A stretch of 64,000 bases of DNA from an uncultured Eubacteriales bacterium (lineage in GTDB: Bacteria > Bacillota > Clostridia > Oscillospirales > CAG-272): positions 91,905 to 155,904 of the forward strand of contig CAKSZH010000004.1 in the NCBI GenBank assembly GCA_934525675.1, read 5' to 3'. Made by a program: the position numbers and the translations under genes. How positions within the stretch are numbered: position 1 is the first letter of the stretch; each line of letters begins with the position of its first letter. Of the stretch, positions 16,407 to 26,134 are shown piece after piece. The notes under the pieces were generated by a model. It was not told the origin of the DNA, made no database searches, and saw only the letters and a program-made list of their open reading frames with translations.

Positions 16407-18698
16407 ATGAAAACAACGACTGTCGGGGTGTCCCCGGAGGTAAACGGCTTTCTGCCGCTTTCCCGCGCCGAAATGGAGGCACGGGGGTGGGATCGCCCCG
16501 ACTTTGTATATGTGACGGGCGACGCGTATGTCGATCACCCGTCCTTCGGCGTTGCCATCATTTCCCGAGTGCTGGAGGACGCGGGATACCGCGTCGCCAT
16601 CCTCGCCCAGCCGGATTACACCTACTGTGAGGCATTCCGGGAATACGGCAAGCCCCGCCTCGGGTTTCTTGTGACCGCAGGCAACATCGACTCCATGGTC
16701 GCGCATTACACCGCGTCAAAGAAGCGCCGCAGCGAGGACTATTATTCCCCCGGCTGCAAGGCTGGGAAGCGTCCCGACCGCGCCTGCATTGTTTACTGCA
16801 ACCGTATCCGCGAGGCATACGGCGATGTGCCGATCATCCTCGGCGGACTGGAAGCCTCCCTCCGCCGCTTCGCACATTACGATTACTGGGATGACCGCGT
16901 GAGGCGTTCGGTTCTCGTCGATTCCCGTGCCGACCTTCTGACCTACGGTATGGGAGAAAATATCCTGCTCCGCATTGCGGAACTGCTCGACCGCGGTGTG
17001 CCCGTCAAAAAGATCCGCGATGTCAGAGGCTCCGTCTGGATGGGTAAGGCGGGAGACGCGATTCATTTTCCCGTCGCCGCGGAATTTGATTTCAATGAAC
17101 TCAAGACCGACAAACGTAAGTACGCTGAGGCGTTCGGTGTGCAGTACCGCAACCAGGACGCAATCAACGGGCGTGCGCTCGTTGAGCATTACGACGACAA
17201 AATCTTAGTACAGAACCCACCCATGCCGCCCCTGGAGCGCGAGGAGCTGGATCATGTGTACGCGCTTCCGTATATGCGGACCTATCATCCGTCCTATGAG
17301 AAGGAAGGCGGCGTTCCGGCGATTGAAGAGGTGCGTTTCTCCGTGACGCATAACCGCGGGTGTTTCGGCGGCTGTAACTTCTGCGCGCTCGCGTTTCATC
17401 AGGGGCGCACCGTCCGTTCGAGAAGCGAGGAAAGCGTTCTTGCCGAGGTCCGGAAGATCACCGAGCTGCCCGGCTTCAAGGGATATATCCACGATGTCGG
17501 CGGTCCCACCGCGAACTTCCGCGAGCCTGCCTGCGAAGAGCAACTGAAGGACGGCGTTTGCGCCGGGCGCAAATGCCTCGCTCCCACGCCCTGCAAAAAC
17601 GTGCGGGTCGATCACAGCGAGTATCTGCACCTGATCGAGGAGATCGAAAAGATCCCCAAGGTCAAAAAGGTGTTCATCCGTTCCGGTATCCGTTTCGATT
17701 ACCTCATGCTTGACCCCGACGATTCTTTCTTCCGCCACTTAGTCAGAAACAACGTGTCGGGTCAGCTTAAGGTCGCGCCCGAGCACTGCTCGGACAATGT
17801 TCTCCGTTGCATGGGAAAACCGGATTTTTCGGTGTACGAGGCGTTTCGTAAAAAGTATTTCGGGCTTTGCCGCGAAATCGGAAAAGAACAGTATCTCGTG
17901 CCGTACCTCATGTCGAGCCACCCCGGTTCCACGCTGAATGACGCGGTGGAGCTTGCGCTCTGTCTCAAGCGTGATCATTACGCGCCCGAGCAGGTGCAGG
18001 ACTATTATCCCACGCCCGGTACCGCCTCCACGGTCATGTACTATACCGGCATCAACCCGCTTGACATGAAGCCCGTATACGTTGCAACGGATTACCACGA
18101 AAAACAGCTTCAGCGCGCGCTTCTGCAATTCAACCGCCCTCAGAACGCAAAGCTCGTGCGCGAGGCGCTCATCAAAGCTGGGAGAGAAGACCTCATCGGC
18201 TACGGTCCCGAATGCCTGGTCCGTCCCGAGCGCGAGTTTGGCGGACATCCCGACGGAAATCGTTACGCAAGCGGCGGTCGCGGAGGCCATGGCGATCACA
18301 GTAGCCGCGGCGGCAGAGCCGGCCGGGACGGCGCATCCCGCAACGGAACCGGTGACCTCGCACGTGACGGCGACAATCATACTTCCGGCGACCGTAAAGG
18401 GAATTCCAAAGCACAGGGGGGCGGTTCTTCGTATCGTCCCGCCGACGACGCCCGCCGCGACGGCAGAAAATCGTGGGGAAGCGGTCGCGGAAAGGGCTTT
18501 GCGGAGAAGGGAAAGCCGCAGTCCGACGGGAAACGGAACGGGGAACGCCCGGTCGGTCAAAACCGCTCCGCAGGGTACGAAAAATCCGCCCGGAAAACCA
18601 ACAGTTACGGGCAGGCTCCCCGGAAAGAGCTTTCCGCACGCATGAATCCCGCAAACAGCGGGGGCAAAAAGAAAACCGGAAATCCGAAGAAAAAGTAA
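16407..18698 (+). CDS. ygiQ: YgiQ-family radical SAM protein (UPF0313) with an Arg/Gly-rich C-terminal tail
   Basis: N-terminus [33 protein letters not shown] and [10 protein letters not shown] motif. About 155 aa of low-complexity R/G/K/S tail starts near nt 18231. Confidence 0.88.
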   Translation: MKTTTVGVSPEVNGFLPLSRAEMEARGWDRPDFVYVTGDAYVDHPSFGVAIISRVLEDAGYRVAILAQPDYTYCEAFREYGKPRLGFLVTAGNIDSMVAHYTASKKRRSEDYYSPGCKAGKRPDRACIVYCNRIREAYGDVPIILGGLEASLRRFAHYDYWDDRVRRSVLVDSRADLLTYGMGENILLRIAELLDRGVPVKKIRDVRGSVWMGKAGDAIHFPVAAEFDFNELKTDKRKYAEAFGVQYRNQDAINGRALVEHYDDKILVQNPPMPPLEREELDHVYALPYMRTYHPSYEKEGGVPAIEEVRFSVTHNRGCFGGCNFCALAFHQGRTVRSRSEESVLAEVRKITELPGFKGYIHDVGGPTANFREPACEEQLKDGVCAGRKCLAPTPCKNVRVDHSEYLHLIEEIEKIPKVKKVFIRSGIRFDYLMLDPDDSFFRHLVRNNVSGQLKVAPEHCSDNVLRCMGKPDFSVYEAFRKKYFGLCREIGKEQYLVPYLMSSHPGSTLNDAVELALCLKRDHYAPEQVQDYYPTPGTASTVMYYTGINPLDMKPVYVATDYHEKQLQRALLQFNRPQNAKLVREALIKAGREDLIGYGPECLVRPEREFGGHPDGNRYASGGRGGHGDHSSRGGRAGRDGASRNGTGDLARDGDNHTSGDRKGNSKAQGGGSSYRPADDARRDGRKSWGSGRGKGFAEKGKPQSDGKRNGERPVGQNRSAGYEKSARKTNSYGQAPRKELSARMNPANSGGKKKTGNPKKK

Positions 18699-18714
18699 TC
18701 GTTTGTCCGCCGTG

Positions 18715-18860
18715 GGCGACTTCCGCCCGCGCCGCAGTCGCTTTGTCCGCAGAAACCCGGCACCCCGCCGGCATTTCCGCGCCGCATCGCGGACTTCCGC
18801 CGCCCGGTTCGCCCCGCCGTCGGATCCCCACTCCGTGGGTGCCCGCCGACAGGCGGGGCT
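18715..18860 (+). repeat. about 146-nt GC-rich intergenic repeat unit ending in an extended hairpin (18811-18859)
   Basis: Alignable end to end with 40144-40288. The ends (GGCGACTTCCGCCCGC; ATCGCGGACTTCCGCCGCC...CAGGCGGGGCT) are shared and the middle has diverged. Confidence 0.75.
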
Positions 18861-18903
18861 CGTTGCCCCTTGCTTCCACTCTTGCAGCCCCGATTCCAAA
18901 TAC

Positions 18904-18948
18904 ACAGTAACGGCGCGGGATCCTTTCGGGACCCCGCGCCGTTACTGT
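18904..18948. terminator. long hairpin between convergent ygiQ and the GH36 gene
   Basis: 16-bp stem ACAGTAACGGCGCGGG/CCCGCGCCGTTACTGT. Weak U-tails on both strands. Confidence 0.5.
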
Positions 18949-18974
18949 ATTGATGATTGCGCGGCAGAGCGCTC

Positions 18975-20936
18975 TTACTTCTTCAAAAGGCTGTCAAACG
19001 GCACCGGCTCCGCTTTTTTTGTAATGGCAGCGCAATAGACCGAGCTGTCGCCGACCGCGACCTTGCCGTCCCGGATGGGGTACAGGTTCCATGCTGCCGT
19101 TCTGGTATAAGAGACCGAGTAGGAAATCTCGTGCCAGATTGCAAGTACTTCATACTCCTTGGTGAAAACATTCTGCGCCAGATACATGGTGAATTCGTCC
19201 GCGCCGGGAATGTCGAAGATGCGGAGCTTGCCCGCCTTTTCTTCGTGATCCGTTCCGAATGCGGCAACCGTCAGAGCACCGTCCGTCGCGCGGTTGAAGA
19301 GTTTGATCGGCAGCTTGTCCGCCTCCGGGTCCACGTACAGACAGTCGGGCGTGGGAAGCGCGGCTCCCGGGAACCGCCCCTCAAAGGAACCGTCCTGCCG
19401 GAACAGGGGAGCGAGGCAACCCGCTTCGGTGCCTCCCACCGGATCGCTCGTGTAAACGGGTCCGCCGCTCATCGCGCGGAGCAGACAGTTCGCCTCCGCC
19501 GTGATATGGCGTGTCCAGAACATGTCGTAGTCACAGACGTTGATCTTTTCGTGGAACATCGCCGTCCACGCGTTCTGCAGAATGAAATGCCGGATGACGT
19601 CGATCGGATAATCCGGGAAAAAATCGTTGGAATTGCGGTCGATCGCCGAGGCCGGTCGCGTCAGAATGTCCTGATTGACAGCGCCCATGCAGTTGATGAG
19701 CGCGCCGCCGAAATGAGTCTCTGCCGAGCGGTCAAGCGCACGGTGCAGTGCCGCAACACCTGCGGTGCTGTATGTCATCTCTTCCACAAGGTAGCTGTAC
19801 GACGACTGATTGTCCACCTTGATGAAGTCCACGCCCTGCGCGGCAAGATAGGTGTGCCACGCGTCATAGAAACGGAACGCCTTCTCTTCGTCGGGCGCTA
19901 TGTGCAGATCCCCGCCGGGAAGCGTGATCAGCGTGTCCGCAAAGTCGCGGGCAAGGGGGCCGTCCGGGTGGACCCCCGTCCAGTACCCGTTCAAGGCGTG
20001 CCAGACACCGACGTATCTGACTCCGTATTCCGTTTTGAGCCGCCGGATGGTGCCGGCAAGCCCGTCCGGGAATTTTTTAAAGTCCTCTTCAAACGACCAG
20101 AGCCGGTCGTCCCGGTACTGCGACCAGCCGTCGTCGATGAGCAGCCAGTCGATCTTCACGTTCTTTTCGCGGAATTCTTCCATTTTTTCGAAGAGCTTTT
20201 CTTCGGTCACGTCCTTGTAGAACGCGTTCCAGGTACACCAGCCGAAGCCTTCCAGCTGTTCCGGATATTTGCGCTCTTGCCTCAGCGGAACCCCGATCCA
20301 TCCCGCCTTGCGGCAGTCGCGGAAGAGTGTTTCCACCGCCGTGTACGGGTCGCTGTCATCGGTGACGGCAAAGGCAAGCCCGCTCATCTCCGTGTCTCCG
20401 TTCATGCCGGAGGAGAGTACGACGCTCTCGCCGTCGATCTCTGCACGGATGCGGTCGGAAACCAGCGGGAGAAGCGCAACGTGACGGTTTTTGTCCTTTG
20501 CGAGCAGACTCTGGGTCTCAGCGGGCAGATCCGCCATGCTCTCCGCAAAGATCGGGTACTGCCACCAGACGTGTCCCTTGACAGTACAGCCCACGTATTG
20601 CGCCCGATCCGCGGCAACGCGCGCGTGCAGGATCATGCCCCCATGCGCGTCAAAGCGGGGGTGCAGATACTTTTCGTGGCAGGAGAGCTTCGCACTGACC
20701 GAAACACAGCCGGTCCCCTCCTCTTCGGATAGCGTCAGTTCGACGGTTTCCACGTGTTCTCCGTGGAAGGTAAGAACGGTTTTTTTGTCCGAGACCGTGA
20801 TGGCGGGATCGGTGAGCGCGATCTTCACCCCGCGGGAGACGCAAAGCTCCACCCACATCTCTTCGAGAAGTGCCCGTCCGTCCTTGGTGATCACGCATTT
20901 TCCGCGTGAAGAATAAGCGCCGAAACGATTCTGCAT
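18975..20936 (-). CDS. GH36-family alpha-galactosidase (raffinose synthase/Sip1-like)
   Basis: Motifs: GWCTWNAFY, WLLIDDGW, FIKVDNQ. Confidence 0.8.
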   Translation of the reverse strand: MQNRFGAYSSRGKCVITKDGRALLEEMWVELCVSRGVKIALTDPAITVSDKKTVLTFHGEHVETVELTLSEEEGTGCVSVSAKLSCHEKYLHPRFDAHGGMILHARVAADRAQYVGCTVKGHVWWQYPIFAESMADLPAETQSLLAKDKNRHVALLPLVSDRIRAEIDGESVVLSSGMNGDTEMSGLAFAVTDDSDPYTAVETLFRDCRKAGWIGVPLRQERKYPEQLEGFGWCTWNAFYKDVTEEKLFEKMEEFREKNVKIDWLLIDDGWSQYRDDRLWSFEEDFKKFPDGLAGTIRRLKTEYGVRYVGVWHALNGYWTGVHPDGPLARDFADTLITLPGGDLHIAPDEEKAFRFYDAWHTYLAAQGVDFIKVDNQSSYSYLVEEMTYSTAGVAALHRALDRSAETHFGGALINCMGAVNQDILTRPASAIDRNSNDFFPDYPIDVIRHFILQNAWTAMFHEKINVCDYDMFWTRHITAEANCLLRAMSGGPVYTSDPVGGTEAGCLAPLFRQDGSFEGRFPGAALPTPDCLYVDPEADKLPIKLFNRATDGALTVAAFGTDHEEKAGKLRIFDIPGADEFTMYLAQNVFTKEYEVLAIWHEISYSVSYTRTAAWNLYPIRDGKVAVGDSSVYCAAITKKAEPVPFDSLLKK

Positions 20937-21052
20937 AGCGTTTCTGTTTCCTTTCCGGTTTGGTTTGGATGTCGTTTGTTTTCAGTTGCCGATTGCCCGG
21001 CACTTTGGTACGCGGTGTCACAGCCGCCGCCCGAGCGAGTTTGCCTGCGTGT

Positions 21053-22339
21053 TCAGGTACCGGGGCGCGGCGTGGCGCTCTCCGGCATTCCTTCGTAAAC
21101 GGGAATGAGGAAGCGGTAATTCTCCTCCGTTGCTCCCGCCGTGGCAAAAGCGCGGGCAAGCGTGCGCCCTTCGGCATACGCGGCGACGATGTTCTGCGCG
21201 TGCTGTCCCCAGAAATTGCGGGACTTGCCCGTTGCCGTGACGCTCCGCACGTCCACGTTGAATTTGAGCAGATACGGGGTGTCCTGATGGTTGGTGACAA
21301 ACCGGTCGGCGAGCACGGCGGCTCCGCCGGCAATGGACTTTTCAAGCGTGTCCCAGACGATGCCGTCCCGTCCCTTCATGGCGTAATTCACGGCGTTCCG
21401 CAGAATCTCCTCCGCGCCGTTTCCGGACGCGCCGATGTTGAAGAAGTTGTAGTAACCGTCCAGATTCGATTCGTCCCTCCCGGAATACCTGGAGATTACG
21501 GTTCCGCAGGTGCCGAGCGCGGTCGGGGAACCGATGGCGCCGTGCTCCATTCTGCCGCGAACGGCAAGATATGCCGCGCTGATGCCGTACTGCGCGCCCA
21601 CGCGGGTGAACAGCGCCGTGTAGGTTTCGTCCGTGCCGGGAAGTGTCCCGTCCATAAAGGTCCCATGGAGCACCGCTCTGACGGTTTCTTCCGTAGCAGG
21701 ACAGGAGACGTCAAAGAACTGGAAAATATCCGTTTCGTTGAAGAAGTTGCGGGGATCCATGTAGTACGCGACCGCGTCGCGCGATGCGGCACGGTAGCCG
21801 GAATCGTAGATGGTGGTGTCGTCCTCGCGGAACATGGCGGCGTACAGCTTGTCGTTCGGGACAAGGTTGTTGTTCGGCGCGTAGACCTCCATGTCAAGCA
21901 CATAGTTCCAGGTGTATCTTGCGCAGAGTCCCGTCACGTCCAGCGGGACAAATTCCCATGTGGGGTGCGCCTGCAGAAGGCGCGAAAGGGGCAGGGCATA
22001 GCTGTCCGGGAATCCGGCAGACAAAAGCGACCGGTATTCCTTGCTTTCGCGGATTTCTGTTTCGGTTTCCGTCCCGGTTTCGGAGCCGGTTTCGGAATCT
22101 GTTTCCGGATCGGTTTCGGGATCGGTTTCAGAATCGGTGTCAGAGCCGGAAACTGTTTCGAATCCGGTCTCGGAATCGGGTTCTGTTTCGAGCCCGGTCT
22201 CGGAATCGGGATCTGTTTCAGAGGCAGTCTCCGTTTCGGTTCCCGGGTGATCCGGCTTCGGAACGTCAGGGTGGGAGGGGAAACGCCACGCAAACAACAG
22301 GATCAGGATACTGAGGATCAGACTGATGAGCTTCTGCAT
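21053..22339 (-). CDS. secreted peptidoglycan hydrolase, N-acetylglucosaminidase (GH73-like), with an acidic repeat linker
   Basis: Signal anchor. Motifs: YYMDPRNFFNE..IFQFF, YNFFNIGASG, TPYLLKFNV, all recalled from glucosaminidase-domain autolysins. Confidence 0.6.
   Translation of the reverse strand: MQKLISLILSILILLFAWRFPSHPDVPKPDHPGTETETASETDPDSETGLETEPDSETGFETVSGSDTDSETDPETDPETDSETGSETGTETETEIRESKEYRSLLSAGFPDSYALPLSRLLQAHPTWEFVPLDVTGLCARYTWNYVLDMEVYAPNNNLVPNDKLYAAMFREDDTTIYDSGYRAASRDAVAYYMDPRNFFNETDIFQFFDVSCPATEETVRAVLHGTFMDGTLPGTDETYTALFTRVGAQYGISAAYLAVRGRMEHGAIGSPTALGTCGTVISRYSGRDESNLDGYYNFFNIGASGNGAEEILRNAVNYAMKGRDGIVWDTLEKSIAGGAAVLADRFVTNHQDTPYLLKFNVDVRSVTATGKSRNFWGQHAQNIVAAYAEGRTLARAFATAGATEENYRFLIPVYEGMPESATPRPGT
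22052..22243 (-). repeat. in-frame Thr/Glu/Ser/Asp/Pro/Gly low-complexity repeat inside the hydrolase gene
   Basis: Encodes ETETASETDPDSETGLETEPDSETGFET...DSETDPETDPETDSETGSETGTETETE. The DNA shows reiterated GTTTCGG(A/G)(A/T)TC-type units. Confidence 0.85.
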
Positions 22340-22507
22340 ATCGGCTCCTTTCCGCGATGCTTCGCGGTGATACGTAATGAATTTATTTTACCATAGTTTC
22401 CACCCGAAATCAAGTGCCGCGTACATTTCCCGCTTGGCTATCTCACCAAAAAACAGGAGTTTTATTGTGAAGATATGACAAATTGGAAAAATCCCGCGGG
22501 GAAGCCC

Positions 22508-22536
22508 TTGCAAAGATTTCCTGTGAGTGATATAAT
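22508..22536 (+). promoter_or_regulatory. sigma-A promoter (extended -10) for the hydrolase/fucose genes
   Basis: TTGCAA, 17-nt spacer, TGaTATAAT. Confidence 0.75.
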
Positions 22537-22573
22537 GATTACGACTGAAAATCAGAAGATTTTTGAGGTTTGT

Positions 22574-23326
22574 ATGTGGAAGATTAATTTTGATTACAAG
22601 AAGGATCAGTGGTACGGCAGACTCATGATCGAGTTCCCGTTTGAGGACCGTACCGCATGGATCGTGTTTCCCGATGAGGACAAGGCGACCGACCGGATCG
22701 CCATGAAAATGGAGTACTGGGGCGCGTTCCCGGCGACCGAGCAGCGTCTTGTGGATGAGGGGTATTTTCTCGTGTTTCTCACCAACAAGAACCGTTGGGG
22801 ACAGGATGTCGATCATGACGCGAAGGTGCGCTTCATCGACTTCATGAACCGTGAGTTCGGCACCCGCAAGAAGATTGTCTGCGTCGGCATGAGCTGCGGC
22901 GGATTTCATTCCGTCAATTTCGTGTCCCGTCACCCGGACTACGTGTCCGCTCTGTACCTGGACGCGCCGCTGCTCAATATGCTTTCCTACCCGATGGGCT
23001 ACGGTGTCGGCACCCAGCATCTTTACGTCTTTGATGAGGAGATCGCGCCGGCATACGGCTTCACGCTCTCTGACCTCATCAATTACCGGGATATGCCCTA
23101 TGACCGCATCCACACGCTGGTGGAAAACCGCATCCCCGTCGCCATGACGGCAGGGGACAGCGACAAGACCGTGCCTTACGTGGAAAACGGCAGGTACATT
23201 GAAGAGGCGTACCGGGGGACGGATATCCCGTTCTTCCTTACCATCGTCCCCGGCAGAGACCATCACCCCCACGGGCTGGAGGATCCCGCGCCCGTGATCG
23301 AATTTATCCGGAAGTACGCGCTCTGA
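22574..23326 (+). CDS. alpha/beta hydrolase (serine hydrolase, unknown substrate)
   Basis: GMSCGG nucleophile elbow, with late D and H residues. GAGG RBS before ATG 22574. The ORF-track starts 22475 and 22535 lie upstream of the predicted TSS. Confidence 0.7.
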   Translation: MWKINFDYKKDQWYGRLMIEFPFEDRTAWIVFPDEDKATDRIAMKMEYWGAFPATEQRLVDEGYFLVFLTNKNRWGQDVDHDAKVRFIDFMNREFGTRKKIVCVGMSCGGFHSVNFVSRHPDYVSALYLDAPLLNMLSYPMGYGVGTQHLYVFDEEIAPAYGFTLSDLINYRDMPYDRIHTLVENRIPVAMTAGDSDKTVPYVENGRYIEEAYRGTDIPFFLTIVPGRDHHPHGLEDPAPVIEFIRKYAL

Positions 23327-23440
23327 CGCCGCGCCGCGGAACAAAACGGAAATACGCGCCGGGCGGACAGGGAAGCCCCCGAAGGCTCCGCGCATATTGA
23401 TAAAAAGAAAGTGCAAAACATATTTTTGGAGGGAATATCA

Positions 23441-25282
23441 ATGGCAGAAAACAGAATGATCGGCGATTATCCGGTAATCGGTATCCGCCCCATCATCGAC
23501 GGCAGACGCGGACCCATGAGACTGCGCGAGAGCCTCGAGGATCAGGTCATGGCAATGGCGGAAGCCGCAAAGAAGCTCTTTGAAGAGAACCTGACCTATT
23601 CGAACGGCGAGCCGGTCAAGGTCATCCTTGCCGACACGTCCATCGGACGCGTGCCCGAATCCGCAGCCTGCGCGGAGAAGTTCCGCAAGGCGGGCGTTTC
23701 CATCACGCTGTCCGTCACCCCCTGCTGGTGCTACGGCTCCGAGACCATGGACATGGATCCCATGACCATCAAGGGCGTCTGGGGCTTCAACGGTACCGAG
23801 CGTCCCGGCGCGGTCTATCTTGCGTCGGTCCTTGCAACCCATGCACAGAAGGGTCTTCCCGCATTCGGCATCTACGGACATGAGGTGCAGGATCGCGACG
23901 ACGTGACCAAGATTCCGGACGATGTCAAGGAAAAACTGCTCCGCTTCGGCAGAGCCGCAGTCGCGGTCGCTACCATGCGCGGCAAGTCCTATCTCCAGAT
24001 CGGCTCCGTGACCATGGGCATCGGCGGCTCCATCATGGATCAGGCATTCATGGAGGAGTACCTCGGTATGCGCGTGGAATCGGTGGACGAGGTGGAAATC
24101 CTCCGCCGTATGGAAGAGGGCATCTACAACCACGAGGATTACGAAAAGGCACTTGCGTGGACCAAGGAACACTGCAAGGAAGGCAGGGACGATAACCCCG
24201 AATCCGTGGAATTCCTCGGAGAGACCCGCCGCATCCGCTTCACCAAGGAAGAGAAGGAGAAGCAGTGGGAGTTCACCGTCAAGATGTACTGCATCATCAA
24301 GGACCTGATCGCGGGCAACAAGAATCTTCCCGCAGGCTTTGAGGAAGAGACGGTCGGGCACAACGCCATTGCGGCAGGCTTCCAGGGTCAGAGACAGTGG
24401 ACCGACCACTGGCCGAACTGCGATTATCCCGAAGCTCTGCTCAACTCCACCTTTGATTTCACCGGCGCACGCGAGCCGATGACCTTTGCAACCGAAAACG
24501 ATATTCTGAACGGTCTCGGTATGCTCTTTATGAGACTGCTGACCAACCGCGCGCAGATCTTTGCGGATGTGCGTACCTTCTGGTCGCCCGAAGCGACCAA
24601 GCGCGTCACCGGTTACGACCTGGAGGGTAAGGCGAAGGAGAACGGCGGTATCATCCACCTGCTCAACTCCGGCGCGGCTTGCCTGGACGCCTGCGGCGAA
24701 TGCACCGATGAGAACGGCAATGCCGTCATGAAGAAGTGGTACGAGGTCACCGACGAGGACATTAAGAAGATGACCGATGCGACCGTCTGGTGCGAAGCCG
24801 GCTTTGATAACTTCCGCGGCGGCGGATTCTCCAGTCACTTTGTCACCCGTGCCGAAATGCCCGCAACCATGATCCGTCTGAATCTCGTCAAGGGACTCGG
24901 ACCGGTGCTTCAGATCGCAGAAGGCTGGACGGTCAAACTGCCCGACGAGGTGACCGATACCCTGATGGAGCGCACCAACCCGACCTGGCCCTGCACCTGG
25001 TTCACGCCTCGCTGCGACGGCAAGGAGGGCAGCCCCTTCAAGTCCGCGTATGACGTGATGAACAACTGGGGCGCCAACCACGGTGCCATCAGCTACGGTC
25101 ATGTCGGTGCCGACCTGATTACGCTCTGCTCCATGCTCCGCATCCCGGTCTGCATGCACAACGTGCCCGAGAGCGAGATCTTCCGTCCTGCCGCATGGAA
25201 TGCATTCGGCATGGATAAGGAGGGCGCGGATTTCCGTGCCTGCGACACTTACGGTCCCCTGTACAAGAATATGCGCGGCTGA
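23441..25282 (+). CDS. fucI: L-fucose isomerase
   Basis: About 610 aa. N-terminus [21 protein letters not shown] is typical of FucI. GGAGGG RBS before ATG 23441. Confidence 0.92.
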   Translation: MAENRMIGDYPVIGIRPIIDGRRGPMRLRESLEDQVMAMAEAAKKLFEENLTYSNGEPVKVILADTSIGRVPESAACAEKFRKAGVSITLSVTPCWCYGSETMDMDPMTIKGVWGFNGTERPGAVYLASVLATHAQKGLPAFGIYGHEVQDRDDVTKIPDDVKEKLLRFGRAAVAVATMRGKSYLQIGSVTMGIGGSIMDQAFMEEYLGMRVESVDEVEILRRMEEGIYNHEDYEKALAWTKEHCKEGRDDNPESVEFLGETRRIRFTKEEKEKQWEFTVKMYCIIKDLIAGNKNLPAGFEEETVGHNAIAAGFQGQRQWTDHWPNCDYPEALLNSTFDFTGAREPMTFATENDILNGLGMLFMRLLTNRAQIFADVRTFWSPEATKRVTGYDLEGKAKENGGIIHLLNSGAACLDACGECTDENGNAVMKKWYEVTDEDIKKMTDATVWCEAGFDNFRGGGFSSHFVTRAEMPATMIRLNLVKGLGPVLQIAEGWTVKLPDEVTDTLMERTNPTWPCTWFTPRCDGKEGSPFKSAYDVMNNWGANHGAISYGHVGADLITLCSMLRIPVCMHNVPESEIFRPAAWNAFGMDKEGADFRACDTYGPLYKNMRG

Positions 25283-25296
25283 TCGGAGGAACTGAC

Positions 25297-25737
25297 ATGT
25301 TAAAAGGAATTCCGAAGATCCTGTCCCCCGAGCTTCTGAAGGTTCTTTGCGAAATGGGTCACAGCGACCGCCTCGTCATCGGCGACGGCAACTTCCCGGC
25401 AGAGACCATGGGCAAAAACGGCATCGTCATCCGCATGGACGGACACGGCGTGCCGGAGATTCTTGACGCAATTCTTCAGGTTTTCCCGCTCGATACCTAC
25501 GTGGAACACCCGGTCAACCTCATGGAGGTTATGAAGGGAGACACGGTGGAAACGCCGATCTGGAAGACCTACGAGGAGATTGTCGCAAAGCACGACCCGC
25601 GCGGAGCCAAAGCGATCGGACAGATCGAACGCTTCAAGTTCTATGATGATACCAAGACCGCGTTCTGCGTCATCGCGACGAGCGAAGCGGCGCTTTACGC
25701 GAACATCATGCTCCAGAAGGGCGTTGTGGTGGACTGA
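25297..25737 (+). CDS. fucU: L-fucose mutarotase (RbsD/FucU family)
   Basis: MLKGIPKILSPELLKVLCEMGHSDRLVIGDGNFP. Lies immediately downstream of fucI. Confidence 0.9.
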   Translation: MLKGIPKILSPELLKVLCEMGHSDRLVIGDGNFPAETMGKNGIVIRMDGHGVPEILDAILQVFPLDTYVEHPVNLMEVMKGDTVETPIWKTYEEIVAKHDPRGAKAIGQIERFKFYDDTKTAFCVIATSEAALYANIMLQKGVVVD

Positions 25738-25760
25738 TCCGCCGCAAAACCCGAAAAGAG

Positions 25761-25798
25761 ACGCGCCCGACCCCCACATGGGGGTCGGGCGCGTTTTT
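25761..25798. terminator. bidirectional intrinsic terminator
   Basis: 15-bp stem ACGCGCCCGACCCCC/GGGGGTCGGGCGCGT, 4-nt loop, TTTTT tail. Confidence 0.85.
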
Positions 25799-25807
25799 AT
25801 ATGGCGC

Positions 25808-26134
25808 TCACCTGTAATACACGTAATGCACCGTCACGGTGCGAACGGCACCGCCGTGCTCTGCGTCGGGGCCCGTCAGCACCACACCGTCGCCGGAAAG
25901 CAGATCCCACGCCTGAAGCTCTTCGGCGCGGCAACGGAATACCACGTCCGCGGAGGAAAAGACAATTACCTCGCCGTCCCGGAAGGAAACGGCGCCGCCC
26001 TTGCCGATTACCGCATCATTGTCGTTCTTTCGCTCTGTGACATACTTGATTGCGTGCCCGTTCAGCTCCTTCGCCTTGGCGAGGCGATAGCGCGGGCTGT
26101 CCGGATCCTTGGAACGGAACAGGTTTTTAAACAT
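25808..26134 (-). CDS. hypothetical 108-aa protein (no family recognised)
   Basis: AAGGAG RBS 8 nt upstream. 8-nt overlap with the upstream methyltransferase gene. Composition looks coding. Confidence 0.6.
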   Translation of the reverse strand: MFKNLFRSKDPDSPRYRLAKAKELNGHAIKYVTERKNDNDAVIGKGGAVSFRDGEVIVFSSADVVFRCRAEELQAWDLLSGDGVVLTGPDAEHGGAVRTVTVHYVYYR

